64,000 bases of DNA, from the NCBI GenBank assembly GCA_050008615.1, contig JBEKMH010000014.1:8107-72106 (forward strand), given 5' to 3'. Below the pieces are notes generated by a model that was not told where the DNA came from, did not search any database, and saw only the letters and a list, made by a program, of their open reading frames with translations. Positions 37,444-45,523 of the stretch are shown in pieces (the stretch's first letter is position 1; each line of letters begins with the position of its first letter). The position numbers were made by a program, and so were the translations under genes. Source of the DNA: Candidatus Cybelea sp. Lineage in GTDB: Bacteria; Vulcanimicrobiota; Vulcanimicrobiia; Vulcanimicrobiales; Vulcanimicrobiaceae.

Positions 37444-38100
37444 TCAGCGCTCTTCGTTCACCAAAGATTCGAAAAGCTTTGCACCGGCTTCGACGGATTG
37501 AGTTTCGGCGGCTGCAAACCCCAAAACGCCGAGCACCGGCAGACTTCCCTGCAGCACGCAATAGACGCGGTCGCGGTACGTGGGATCCGTTCGCCCCCAG
37601 CGTTCGACCAGCACGATGCCGGCCACTGGGATGTTCAGCTCGCGGCAGAGGCTGCGCGTCAGCATCGCGTGATTGATGCAGCCCAAGCGCAGGCCGACGG
37701 CAATAACGGCTTCGAGCTTGGCCGCAGCCGCGACGTGGCCGATATTCTCGCCTGCATTGAGGGGGACCATAATCCCACCGATGCCCTCGGCAACGATCGT
37801 GCCGGGAATCTCATCGAGTTGAGCGGCGAGCCGCTCTGCGGTAAGCGGAGGCAAGCCTTCGGCGAGCGCCGAGGACCAGGGGTCACCGGCGGCTTCGAAG
37901 CGGGCGAGTTCTACATGTGGCACGCCGGCGAGCCGGCCGGCGTGCTGCGCGTCGCCTTCCCCGCGCGGCTTCACTCCGGTCTGGACGATCTTCACGATGG
38001 TCGGGTTTTCGCCGGCGCGGCGCAGCGCAAGCGCCAGTGCCGCCGTCACGCGAGTCTTTCCGACGTCGGTGTCGGTCCCGGTTACAAAGTAGCGACGCAT
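37444..38100 (-). CDS. bioD: Dethiobiotin synthase
   Basis: MRRYFVTGTDTDVGKT P-loop. 218 aa. Sits between bioF and bioB. Confidence 0.92.
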   Translation of the reverse strand: MRRYFVTGTDTDVGKTRVTAALALALRRAGENPTIVKIVQTGVKPRGEGDAQHAGRLAGVPHVELARFEAAGDPWSSALAEGLPPLTAERLAAQLDEIPGTIVAEGIGGIMVPLNAGENIGHVAAAAKLEAVIAVGLRLGCINHAMLTRSLCRELNIPVAGIVLVERWGRTDPTYRDRVYCVLQGSLPVLGVLGFAAAETQSVEAGAKLFESLVNEER

Positions 38101-39176
38101 CGCCCGAGCTCGTCTGCGAGCATATCCATTTGCTCCAGCGTGTGGTCGGCCCGGATCGTGATGCGCAGCCGCGACGTGCCGGGTGGCACGGTCGGCGGCC
38201 GGATCGCGGGAACGAAGATGCGGTGCTTCAATAGCTCCTCCGAGACGCGCAGCGCACGCTGCTCGCTTCCCAGCAGAATGCAGACGATCGGTCCTTCGCC
38301 TGCGCTCAGGACGGCGCCCATAGGGAGTGCGGCGCGCAGTCGCGCGGCGTTTGCGTGCAGCCGTTGGCGCCGGTCGTCGCCGCGGCGCGCAAGGAGCAGA
38401 GCGATGCGTGACGCGAGCGCGAGCGACGGCGGCAACGCGGTGTCGAAGATGAACGACCGCGCGCGATTAACCAGCAGGTCGATCGCCGTCGCTGGGCCCG
38501 CGACAAAACCGCCTAGCGAGCCGAGTGCTTTCGAGAGCGTCCCGAGGACGAGGACGCGCGGATCGTCGAGCCCGCGAGCCAGACCCGCCCCCTGCGGTCC
38601 GGCGATTCCGAGCGCGTGCGCTTCATCGAGCAGCAGGACGTCTTGCTCTCGCAAGCGCTCGAGCAGCGCGGCGGGGTCAATTGCATCGCCCTCCATGCCG
38701 AAGAGCGATTCGCTGACGACCAGGGAAGTCTTGGACCCCGTTACCGGAGGGAGGGCGGCGTGCCCGTAGACCCGGTGCGGTTTGCGCGCGAGACGGATGC
38801 CGTCGATCAGACAAGCATGGTTGGATTGGTCGGAGAGAATCGATTCGACGAGATCGGCCAGCACCGGAACCGTGCCGACGCCGGCCAGGTAACCCGAAGA
38901 AAAGAGCAACGCGCGCTCGCGCCCGAGCCAATCCGCCAGCTCGTCCTCGAGAAGCGTGTGCTCGCGGCTCCGCCCCGCCAGGAGGCGTGCTCCTCCCGAG
39001 CCTACGCGAGTCGCCCGCTTGAGGGCCTCGACGACTTGCGGATCCGTCGCCAAGCCAAGGTAATCGTTCGACGAAAAGTCGATGACGTTGGTGAGCCCGT
39101 GCTCCGGGAGCTCGCGATAGCGATCTTCGCTGCGAATAGCCTCGAGCGCGTGCTCCGCCCGTTGAAGGTAGGTCAC
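38082..39176 (-). CDS. bioF: 8-amino-7-oxononanoate synthase
   Basis: Alpha-oxoamine synthase. NDYLGL, DEAHALG, and PLP-lysine region GTLSKALGSLGG. GTG start overlaps the bioA stop. Confidence 0.92.
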   Translation of the reverse strand: MTYLQRAEHALEAIRSEDRYRELPEHGLTNVIDFSSNDYLGLATDPQVVEALKRATRVGSGGARLLAGRSREHTLLEDELADWLGRERALLFSSGYLAGVGTVPVLADLVESILSDQSNHACLIDGIRLARKPHRVYGHAALPPVTGSKTSLVVSESLFGMEGDAIDPAALLERLREQDVLLLDEAHALGIAGPQGAGLARGLDDPRVLVLGTLSKALGSLGGFVAGPATAIDLLVNRARSFIFDTALPPSLALASRIALLLARRGDDRRQRLHANAARLRAALPMGAVLSAGEGPIVCILLGSEQRALRVSEELLKHRIFVPAIRPPTVPPGTSRLRITIRADHTLEQMDMLADELGRCVATL

Positions 39177-40378
39177 TCCGTGTCATCCTGAGCGCAGTCG
39201 AAGGACGACACGGGGAGGCAGGATGACAACGATTCGAAGAAGTTGTCGACTTCGTCGCCGGTCGAGCAGAGCGGCGGAACGAACTGAATCACGTCGCCGA
39301 TCGGGCGCGTGAAGTGCCCCGCGTCGTACAGCGCGTCGGCAGTGGGGCGGCCCAAGGTTTTGCGTAGCTCGATGCCGATCATCGTCTCGGCTTGCCGCAC
39401 GTCGCGCACGAGCGGATTCGCGCGCAGGTTTTCCAGGTTCGCGCGCGCTCGTGTGGCGATGCCCGCAGCACGCTCGAGCGTGCCTTCTTCTTCGAACAAC
39501 GAAAGCGACGCGAGCGCCGCCGCGCATGCAATCGGATTTCCGGCGTACGAATGGCCGTGAAAGAAATGGACGAATGCGTCGGACTCGCCCAGGAATACGT
39601 CGTAGACGGACGGACCAACCAGCGTCGCAGAGAGCGCCATCGCGCCGCCCGTCAAGCCTTTTCCGACACAGACGATGTCCGGGCTCAAGCCGGTCTGCTC
39701 GAAGGCAAACATCGTGCCGGTGCGACCGAAGCCGGTAGCGATTTCATCGCAGACGATCAGCGCTTTAACGCCTCTTAGCCGCTCGTAAGCCTTCTTTGGA
39801 ACGAGCCGCATACCGGCTGCGGCTTGAACCAGCGGCTCGACGATCACCGCCGCAACATCGTCCCCAAGCGGAGCGGCGGCGTCGTAGCCTTGCGTTTCGA
39901 ACGTGACGCTACCGAAACGTGACTTGAAGAGCGCGATATCGGAAAGGCTCATCGCGCCGATCGTGTCGCCATGGTACGCATCGCTCAACCGCACGAAACG
40001 CGTGCGATGCGGCTGACCGACGTTCTGCCAATACTGCAACGCCATCTTGATGGCGGCCTCAACCGCGCTGGCACCATCGCTTGCAAAGAATGCGCGATCC
40101 ATGCCGGCCAGGGCGCAAAGCCGCTCGGCGAGCTCTTCGGCCACAGGGTTCGTCGCGCCAAGAAGCGTCGCGTGATCCAGCGTCGCGGCCTGGCGCGCAA
40201 CCGCTTCGACGATGCGCGGATGGCAATGCCCGTGGATCGTCGTCCAGATCGAGCTGACGGCATCGTAAACAAGCCGGCCGCGCGCATCCTCCAACACCGC
40301 CCCCCGGCCTCGCACGAACGTTCGGGCGCGCGCGTCGAACTGCCGCATCTGCGTGAACGGCAACCAGAGATGCGACAT
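39173..40378 (-). CDS. bioA: Adenosylmethionine-8-amino-7-oxononanoate aminotransferase
   Basis: Class III aminotransferase. HGHSYAGNP, DEIATGFGRTG, and PLP-lysine VGKGLTGG. The last ~17 codons (..[14 protein letters not shown]) are read from a repeat copy. Confidence 0.93.
   Translation of the reverse strand: MSHLWLPFTQMRQFDARARTFVRGRGAVLEDARGRLVYDAVSSIWTTIHGHCHPRIVEAVARQAATLDHATLLGATNPVAEELAERLCALAGMDRAFFASDGASAVEAAIKMALQYWQNVGQPHRTRFVRLSDAYHGDTIGAMSLSDIALFKSRFGSVTFETQGYDAAAPLGDDVAAVIVEPLVQAAAGMRLVPKKAYERLRGVKALIVCDEIATGFGRTGTMFAFEQTGLSPDIVCVGKGLTGGAMALSATLVGPSVYDVFLGESDAFVHFFHGHSYAGNPIACAAALASLSLFEEEGTLERAAGIATRARANLENLRANPLVRDVRQAETMIGIELRKTLGRPTADALYDAGHFTRPIGDVIQFVPPLCSTGDEVDNFFESLSSCLPVSSFDCAQDDTE
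39182..39227 (+). repeat. Hairpin repeat family copy 6 (full hairpin) at the bioA 3' end / bioF start
   Basis: GTCATCCTGAGCGCAGTCGAAGGACGACACGGGGAGGCAGGATGAC. Perfect 9-bp arms. Confidence 0.9.
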
Positions 40379-40412
40379 TCCAGGCCGCTTTTTCGCGCTA
40401 CGCGGCCGGTCC

Positions 40413-40967
40413 CTACGCGGCTTTGAGCCTCCAGGCCATCATCGACCACGAGAAGCCGGCGAAAACGAAGTTCAAACCGACGACGAATCCGATGAACCAC
40501 AACGCGGAAACCGGCCACTGGGTCCAAAGCAGAATGCCCAAAATCGTGCTCACGACCCCGCCGAAAGCCACCCAGCCATAGTGCGGGAACTGCAGCCAGA
40601 GCGCGGAGACGAACCGGAAGATCCCGCCAAAAACAAAGAGCGCGGCCAGCAAGAGGGTAATCGTCAGCGCTCCAGCGAGCGGATATTCTATCAGCATCAG
40701 CCCGACGATAACGTCCAGCGCGCCGATCATGAGAAGCAGAACCACGTGCCCGGCGCCGCGTGACAGGAAAGCGCCTACGATCTGCGCGACCCCGGCGACC
40801 AGCACGACCACTCCAAGGAGAAAAACGGATGCCAGCGTGGCAGCTCCCTCGGCCCACATGCAGTAAAGGCCGACCAGAATGAGCGCGATCCCGAGGGCGA
40901 GGTACCAGACCCAGAGCCGGTGGGCCGTCTCGACGGAATCGTCAAACTCGCCTACCAAATTTTTCAC
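40413..40967 (-). CDS. HdeD/DUF308-family membrane protein
   Basis: 184 aa with six short TM helices and a repeated GxxxIxxG-type pattern typical of DUF308, from memory. Confidence 0.65.
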   Translation of the reverse strand: MKNLVGEFDDSVETAHRLWVWYLALGIALILVGLYCMWAEGAATLASVFLLGVVVLVAGVAQIVGAFLSRGAGHVVLLLMIGALDVIVGLMLIEYPLAGALTITLLLAALFVFGGIFRFVSALWLQFPHYGWVAFGGVVSTILGILLWTQWPVSALWFIGFVVGLNFVFAGFSWSMMAWRLKAA

Positions 40968-41027
40968 GATCTGCTCCTTTCGGTGAAAGGGTAAGCTGGG
41001 GACTTCGGCCTCAGCCCGAGCGGCCCC

Positions 41028-42110
41028 TTACTTGTGCACCTCGGGAGCGCCGCCGCCGTTCGCGCGGCGAACGGCCGGCGCAATGATCTGGACGACGATC
41101 ACTTGTAGAACGGCGGCGGCCGGTACCGCCAGAAACGCTCCGGGGATCCCCAAGAGCATGCCGCCGACAACCGTCGAGAAAATGATAAGCAGGAAGCTCA
41201 ACTGCACGCGTTGCCCGAAGATAATCGGCGAAAGCACGTTCTGATCGAGGACTTGCACGACGGTGAAAATGGCCAGGACGATCAACATTTTGACCCAGCC
41301 GCTCGTCGCAAGCACGACTAACAGGACGACCGGGCCGGATATCACGGCACCAACCATCGGAATCGCCTGAAAGACCGCTACCACAAAGCCGAGCAGCAGG
41401 GCGTAGGGCACTCCCAAAATCGCAACCGCGCCGCCCACCGCCGCGCCGACAATCGTGCCGTTGATGACGATTCCCTGTACGTACGCGCTGAGGCGCAGAC
41501 CGATGGTGTCGAAGGCATGCTTCCAGTCGTGGGCGGCGGTTTGCGAGAAGAGGCTGAGGGTGAAGCGCTCCAGGTCGTCCGACGAAAGCATCCATCCTAC
41601 GGCAAGCAGCAAAATGATGATGGCGTTTCCGATAATGTCGGCAATCAGTGCCGGCCCGGCCAATAGGTGCGCTCCGACCGAGCTGAACGCGCCGCCGGCG
41701 CCGTTGGCAACGGCACCCGCGAACTGCTTGGAGAGTTGGTAGTCCTTCAGGAAGCGTTCGGCGGCGACGAGCTGATCTTTCAAGGAGTTGACGTAGCCGG
41801 GAATCGCTTGTACGAGCCGCTGAACTTCGACGCCCAGCGGAGCGATCAAGACGTAGGCAATCAGCGCCGCGATCAGCAGGGCCCCGCCAAACGTAAGGCC
41901 GACGGCGATGCCGAACGGCATTCGCCCGCTCAGACGATCGACGATCGGACGTAACGCGGCCGCGATTAGAATTCCCGTGAAGAGCAAGACGAACGCCGAC
42001 AGCGTGCCGGCGAGGACGAGCCAGAGGAGGTACGCGCCCGCAAATACCGCGGCAGCCGTAATCCACGTGCGGACTCCAACTGCCACGGAGCGCGGTCCGG
42101 GATCGATCAT
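41028..42110 (-). CDS. AI-2E family transporter (PerM/YhhT-like)
   Basis: 360 aa, ~8 TM, with a PerM-like pattern (LLLFTGILIAAALRP..., VLDQNVLSPIIFGQRVQLS, LLGIPGAFLAVP). Confidence 0.85.
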   Translation of the reverse strand: MIDPGPRSVAVGVRTWITAAAVFAGAYLLWLVLAGTLSAFVLLFTGILIAAALRPIVDRLSGRMPFGIAVGLTFGGALLIAALIAYVLIAPLGVEVQRLVQAIPGYVNSLKDQLVAAERFLKDYQLSKQFAGAVANGAGGAFSSVGAHLLAGPALIADIIGNAIIILLLAVGWMLSSDDLERFTLSLFSQTAAHDWKHAFDTIGLRLSAYVQGIVINGTIVGAAVGGAVAILGVPYALLLGFVVAVFQAIPMVGAVISGPVVLLVVLATSGWVKMLIVLAIFTVVQVLDQNVLSPIIFGQRVQLSFLLIIFSTVVGGMLLGIPGAFLAVPAAAVLQVIVVQIIAPAVRRANGGGAPEVHK

Positions 42111-42222
42111 TGAGGGTCAGCGTTCGCTGGGAGTCTGAGCCACTCCCAGGGCAAGCCCCCCTACCGCACAAATCGGAAGAGCAGCACGGTGAAAGGAGCC
42201 ACAGCCCACGCGCTTACGGAGC

Positions 42223-43062
42223 TTGAGCACCATCGCCACAGTTGTGGTCGCGCTGATGATCGTCGAGGCCGCAGGGGCTCGCGCGGCAGTGGAGTTCTGC
42301 CCAGCGGCTGCGAGCGTTCCGTCTCCCATCGGCGCAACGTTCGGGAAGCCCGCGATGCACTATGCCTACGAGCTTACGGCGCTCTCACCACGCGTCGTCA
42401 ATGCAGCACTGTTGGCGGACACCGATAAGGGCTGGTATCGCTGGAGCGTTTCACGCGTCGCGCTCACGACGACGATCCGCCATATGCATCAAGCGCCTTT
42501 CCCAATCCAAACGTACACGATCGCCGCCACTCCGACGCTGATGGTAACATTTCCGCAAGCTCTGACGATTCACCACATTTGGGTTTCATCGGCCGAAGCC
42601 TACGCGGATCCGTCGCTCGTATGGGACTCGAAAGGCACTTCAGAGTGTGACGTTCCGTCATTCGACGCTCCCACCGACGCCAATCCCGCTACCCACGCCG
42701 ATATCAATCCCCTCCCGTCGCTCCTCTACGAGCCGGCCGTCGCGGCACCGGCCAAGCCTCCATTTGAGATTGGCAGCTGCCCTCGAGAGTTCTCCAGCAG
42801 CACGCTTCTCGACGTGACCGAACCGGCAACCCAAGCCTGGACCGACGTCATGCCATCGGGCGGATTTCAGGAAACGGTGGCCATCGCGCTCGACCCTGCG
42901 GGACACGTTATCGAGGCCTGGATTTATGCAACCTCTTCAAAGGGTCCCTGGAACGACGAGGTTCTTCGAGCTGCACGCCTCTCAACGTATTCAGGCTCCA
43001 TATCGTACTGCCGGCATGTCTACGCACAGTTTCTTTTCATGGCGGGCTTCTTACGAAACTAA
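42223..43062 (+). CDS. Hypothetical secreted protein (C-terminus weakly TonB_C-like)
   Basis: N-terminal hydrophobic signal. The C-terminal segment GFQETVAIALDPAGHVIEAWIYATSSKGPWNDEVLRAARLSTY resembles the TonB C-terminal fold pattern. Weak. Confidence 0.4.
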   Translation: MSTIATVVVALMIVEAAGARAAVEFCPAAASVPSPIGATFGKPAMHYAYELTALSPRVVNAALLADTDKGWYRWSVSRVALTTTIRHMHQAPFPIQTYTIAATPTLMVTFPQALTIHHIWVSSAEAYADPSLVWDSKGTSECDVPSFDAPTDANPATHADINPLPSLLYEPAVAAPAKPPFEIGSCPREFSSSTLLDVTEPATQAWTDVMPSGGFQETVAIALDPAGHVIEAWIYATSSKGPWNDEVLRAARLSTYSGSISYCRHVYAQFLFMAGFLRN

Positions 43063-43065
43063 AGC

Positions 43066-43710
43066 CTAGGCCGTAAACGTCACGATCTGGCCCTCTTCGC
43101 GATCGCTCGTCCACCACGTGGAACCGTCGAACGTTAGCGCGCGCCCGTCGAAAGGAACCGAAGCGATTGGTTCGGTGGCAGCAACACTCTGCTGCAAATC
43201 GGCACGTGCGAACTCGAGATTCTCGAACTCTTCGTCGGCGGTAAGCATAAAGGAGTTGCCGGAACCGTCGAACGCCAAGCCGCCGCACCGCACGGGCAAC
43301 GCGATCTCGCGCTGGACCTCGCCGCGGGCGTCGAGCGCCAAGATTCGCCGCTTTCCCTGCTGGCAGAGATACAGCGTCGATCCGTCCGAGGCAAGGTGCG
43401 AGCCGGTAACGTCCGGGCAGGCGACTTTATTGTCGAAGCCCTGCCCGGGACGGAAACGGAAAAGATAGCGATCGTCGTCGTCGAGGGCAACTACGACGGA
43501 GAGAGCATCGCTGAACGTGGCGAGGCCGTAGGGCCTGCCGGGCGGCGCAATCTCGTCAACGACGTCCCAATTTTTTGTGTCGATCGCGTAAAGCTTGTCG
43601 GTTTCCCACGAACCAACCCACAGCTGCCCGCCGTAGAAAGCCAGCGGCTGCGGCCGGCCTCCGGGAGAGGGTTGGCGGTTTACTTCCTTTATGTTTTGCA
43701 TACTCGCCAA
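43066..43710 (-). CDS. Hypothetical beta-propeller-like protein (glutamine-cyclotransferase-like pattern)
   Basis: 214 aa with repeated blade-like segments (LWVGSWETDKLYAID, YGLATF, LYLCQQGKRRILALD, GLAFDGSGNSFML). Family uncertain. Confidence 0.45.
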   Translation of the reverse strand: MASMQNIKEVNRQPSPGGRPQPLAFYGGQLWVGSWETDKLYAIDTKNWDVVDEIAPPGRPYGLATFSDALSVVVALDDDDRYLFRFRPGQGFDNKVACPDVTGSHLASDGSTLYLCQQGKRRILALDARGEVQREIALPVRCGGLAFDGSGNSFMLTADEEFENLEFARADLQQSVAATEPIASVPFDGRALTFDGSTWWTSDREEGQIVTFTA

Positions 43711-43816
43711 AAGGCACGCGGCCTCAGCGGGGTTGCGTCAAGGCTTCGATGCGAGCGGCCCTATCTAGCTGGACGCAGCCTCAGGCGTGATCGACTACGA
43801 TGCTGGGGCGCGTCTT

Positions 43817-43877
43817 GTCATCCTGAGCGCAGTAATGTCATCCTGAGCGCAGTCGAAGGACGAAGGACGAAGGGCCC
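43817..43877 (+). repeat. Hairpin repeat family copy 7 (half-unit plus unit with CGAAGGA tandem)
   Basis: GTCATCCTGAGCGCAGTAAT + GTCATCCTGAGCGCAGTCGAAGGACGAAGGACGAAGGGCC. Intergenic. Confidence 0.9.
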
Positions 43878-44023
43878 GGGCGTTCCAGCCGCACGGTTCA
43901 CCGTAGCGAAAGGGTCGGCGAAATGATATGCTTACTCTTGGTCGGACTGGCGATCACATCTAAGATCCGCTATTTCAGCGCTGAAGCCGACTGAAGGCGT
44001 CTATTGGTATACGCTACCGCGAT

Positions 44024-44554
44024 TTACGCTTCGACGCGTTCGTCGATCGAAACGTTATACAGGAAGAGGAACTTGCCCCATTCGTCGGGCAGCGTGTTGC
44101 GCTTGATCTGAATCCAAGGAATGTACTTCGGCTGGCGCGGCTTGCGCTGCAGCGTCATGTTGGCCTCGTGCGGCGTGCGGTTGTTCTTGCGGTTGTTGCA
44201 GCGCATGCAGGCGCAAACGAGATTCTCCCAGGTCGAGTCGCCGCCGCGGCTCTTGGGGACGACATGATCCACAGTCATTAACCGTTCGCCGCGCGTGCCG
44301 CAGTATTGGCAGGCGTGCTCGTCGCGAATCAGGACGTTCTTTTTAGTTAACGCGACCCGCTGCATCGGGCGGCGGATGTAGTAGAGCATGCGGATAATCG
44401 AAGGCATGCGCATTTCGTAGGTCGGCGAGGCCAGCATTCGCTCGCGCCCGTGCAGCATCTCGGCTTTGCCGGCAAAAATTAGTTTCACCGCGCGCTGGAA
44501 ACTCGTGACGTTGAGCGCCTCGTAAGTAAAGTTCAGCACGAGCACCTCGCTCAT
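44024..44554 (-). CDS. HNH endonuclease
   Basis: CQYCG ... DHVVPKSRGGDSTWENLVCACMRCNNRKNNR. HNH motif with flanking CxxC pairs. 176 aa. Confidence 0.88.
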   Translation of the reverse strand: MSEVLVLNFTYEALNVTSFQRAVKLIFAGKAEMLHGRERMLASPTYEMRMPSIIRMLYYIRRPMQRVALTKKNVLIRDEHACQYCGTRGERLMTVDHVVPKSRGGDSTWENLVCACMRCNNRKNNRTPHEANMTLQRKPRQPKYIPWIQIKRNTLPDEWGKFLFLYNVSIDERVEA

Positions 44555-44573
44555 GCGATCGTCCCTTTCAAGC

Positions 44574-44604
44574 TATAAAAGCGAGGCATCTCAGGTGCCT
44601 CGCT
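44574..44604 (-). terminator. Intrinsic terminator-like hairpin with T-tract between the DUF1844 gene and the HNH gene
   Basis: The minus strand reads AGCGAGGCA-cctgaga-TGCCTCGCT (perfect 9-bp stem) followed by TTTTATAGCTT. The DUF1844 stop codon lies in the loop. Confidence 0.6.
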
Positions 44605-44884
44605 TCCGAACGAACGTCATCCGTGTTTCGGTTAGCATCTGCGTTATTGCTAACCGCTCTTGCGGTCGCAACCTTTCTTTGACCCGTTCGAACGCCATGG
44701 TCGCCACGTCGATCGCGACTTCCGCCGAGCCGTGGTCGGGCTCGCGCCCCTCCGGCGCCGTTAAATACGCGTGCGCGGCGAGGGCGAGCGTCGCGATAAT
44801 CTCGCTGAGCAGAGGCTCGACGGGCGGAATCTGCCCTTGAAATCCAACGCCTTCCTGTTCGGGAGCGGCGGCCTCACTAGACAT
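44591..44884 (-). CDS. DUF1844-like small protein
   Basis: 97 aa. LLSEIIATLALAAHAYL ... AIDVATMAFERVKERL matches my recollection of DUF1844. Confidence 0.55.
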   Translation of the reverse strand: MSSEAAAPEQEGVGFQGQIPPVEPLLSEIIATLALAAHAYLTAPEGREPDHGSAEVAIDVATMAFERVKERLRPQERLAITQMLTETRMTFVRKRGT

Positions 44885-44896
44885 CTCGAAACGAAT

Positions 44897-45487
44897 TTAC
44901 GCCGCGGTGGAAGCCTTCCCTTGCTGGCCAACCATCTCCAGGAAGTACCGGTGAAGGCGAGCGTCGGTGCCCAGCTCGGGGTGGAACGAGGTCGCGAGGA
45001 CGTTGCCGTCACGCGCCATCACGCCGTGGCCCTCTCGCCGCGCGAGCAGTTCCACGGTGGGCCCGTGCCGTTCGATCCAAGGCGCGCGGATAAAGATGGC
45101 CGGAAACGGCACGCTGCCCAACGCGGGGATCGCAAGTTCGACTTGGGCCGAATCGTTCTGCCGTCCGAACGCGTTACGGCGCACCGTGATGTCGATGAGA
45201 TCGAGCGTCGGTTGGTCGAGCCCGACGACGTCGTGCGCGGCGACGATCATTCCCATGCACGTCCCCCAGAGCGGCATTCCGGCCCGCGTGCGTTCGACGA
45301 TCGGTCGCCCCAGACCGAAGCGCTCGAGCAGCTTCATGACGGTCGTGGATTCGCCGCCGGGCAGGATCAGCGCGTCCACGCGCGCGAGGTCCGCGGGCGT
45401 CTTTACCGGTATTGCCGACGCACCGCAGCGCTGGAGCGCCGCGAGATGCTCGACGACGTCGCCTTGGAGCGCGAGCACGCCGACCAC
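44897..45487 (-). CDS. pdxT: Pyridoxal 5'-phosphate synthase, glutaminase subunit PdxT
   Basis: GVLALQG, catalytic Cys LWGTCMGMI, SFHPE. GTG 45487 gives a canonical MVGVLALQG N-terminus. The longer ORF to 45514 starts inside a repeat copy (MLSAVEARQ). Confidence 0.92.
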   Translation of the reverse strand: MVGVLALQGDVVEHLAALQRCGASAIPVKTPADLARVDALILPGGESTTVMKLLERFGLGRPIVERTRAGMPLWGTCMGMIVAAHDVVGLDQPTLDLIDITVRRNAFGRQNDSAQVELAIPALGSVPFPAIFIRAPWIERHGPTVELLARREGHGVMARDGNVLATSFHPELGTDARLHRYFLEMVGQQGKASTAA

Positions 45488-45494
45488 TTGTCGT

Positions 45495-45517
45495 GCTTCG
45501 ACTGCGCTCAGCATGAC
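45495..45517 (-). repeat. Hairpin repeat family copy 8 (core only)
   Basis: TGCTTCGACTGCGCTCAGCATGAC in the pdxS-pdxT spacer. Confidence 0.8.
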
Positions 45518-45523
45518 AAGTGG

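Noticed and set aside
43817-43877. Possible CRISPR array, because GTCATCCTGAGCGCAGT occurs twice in tandem
   Set aside because: There are only two adjacent units with no spacer-sized unique sequence between them, and no cas genes. The same motif is dispersed singly across the window, which fits a REP/MITE-like element and not CRISPR.
43396-43926. 176-aa ORF containing ...[19 protein letters not shown]...
   Set aside because: Its 5' half is antisense to the 43066..43710 gene. Its 3' half is simply the repeat copy 43817..43877 read in its open frame. It is an annotation artefact of the repeat family.
44024-44554. HNH endonuclease as part of a mobile element, homing endonuclease or restriction system
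   Set aside because: There is no adjacent methyltransferase, intron, intein, integrase or flanking repeats. It sits in a housekeeping string (pdxS-pdxT-DUF1844-HNH) and looks like the widespread stand-alone HNH family.
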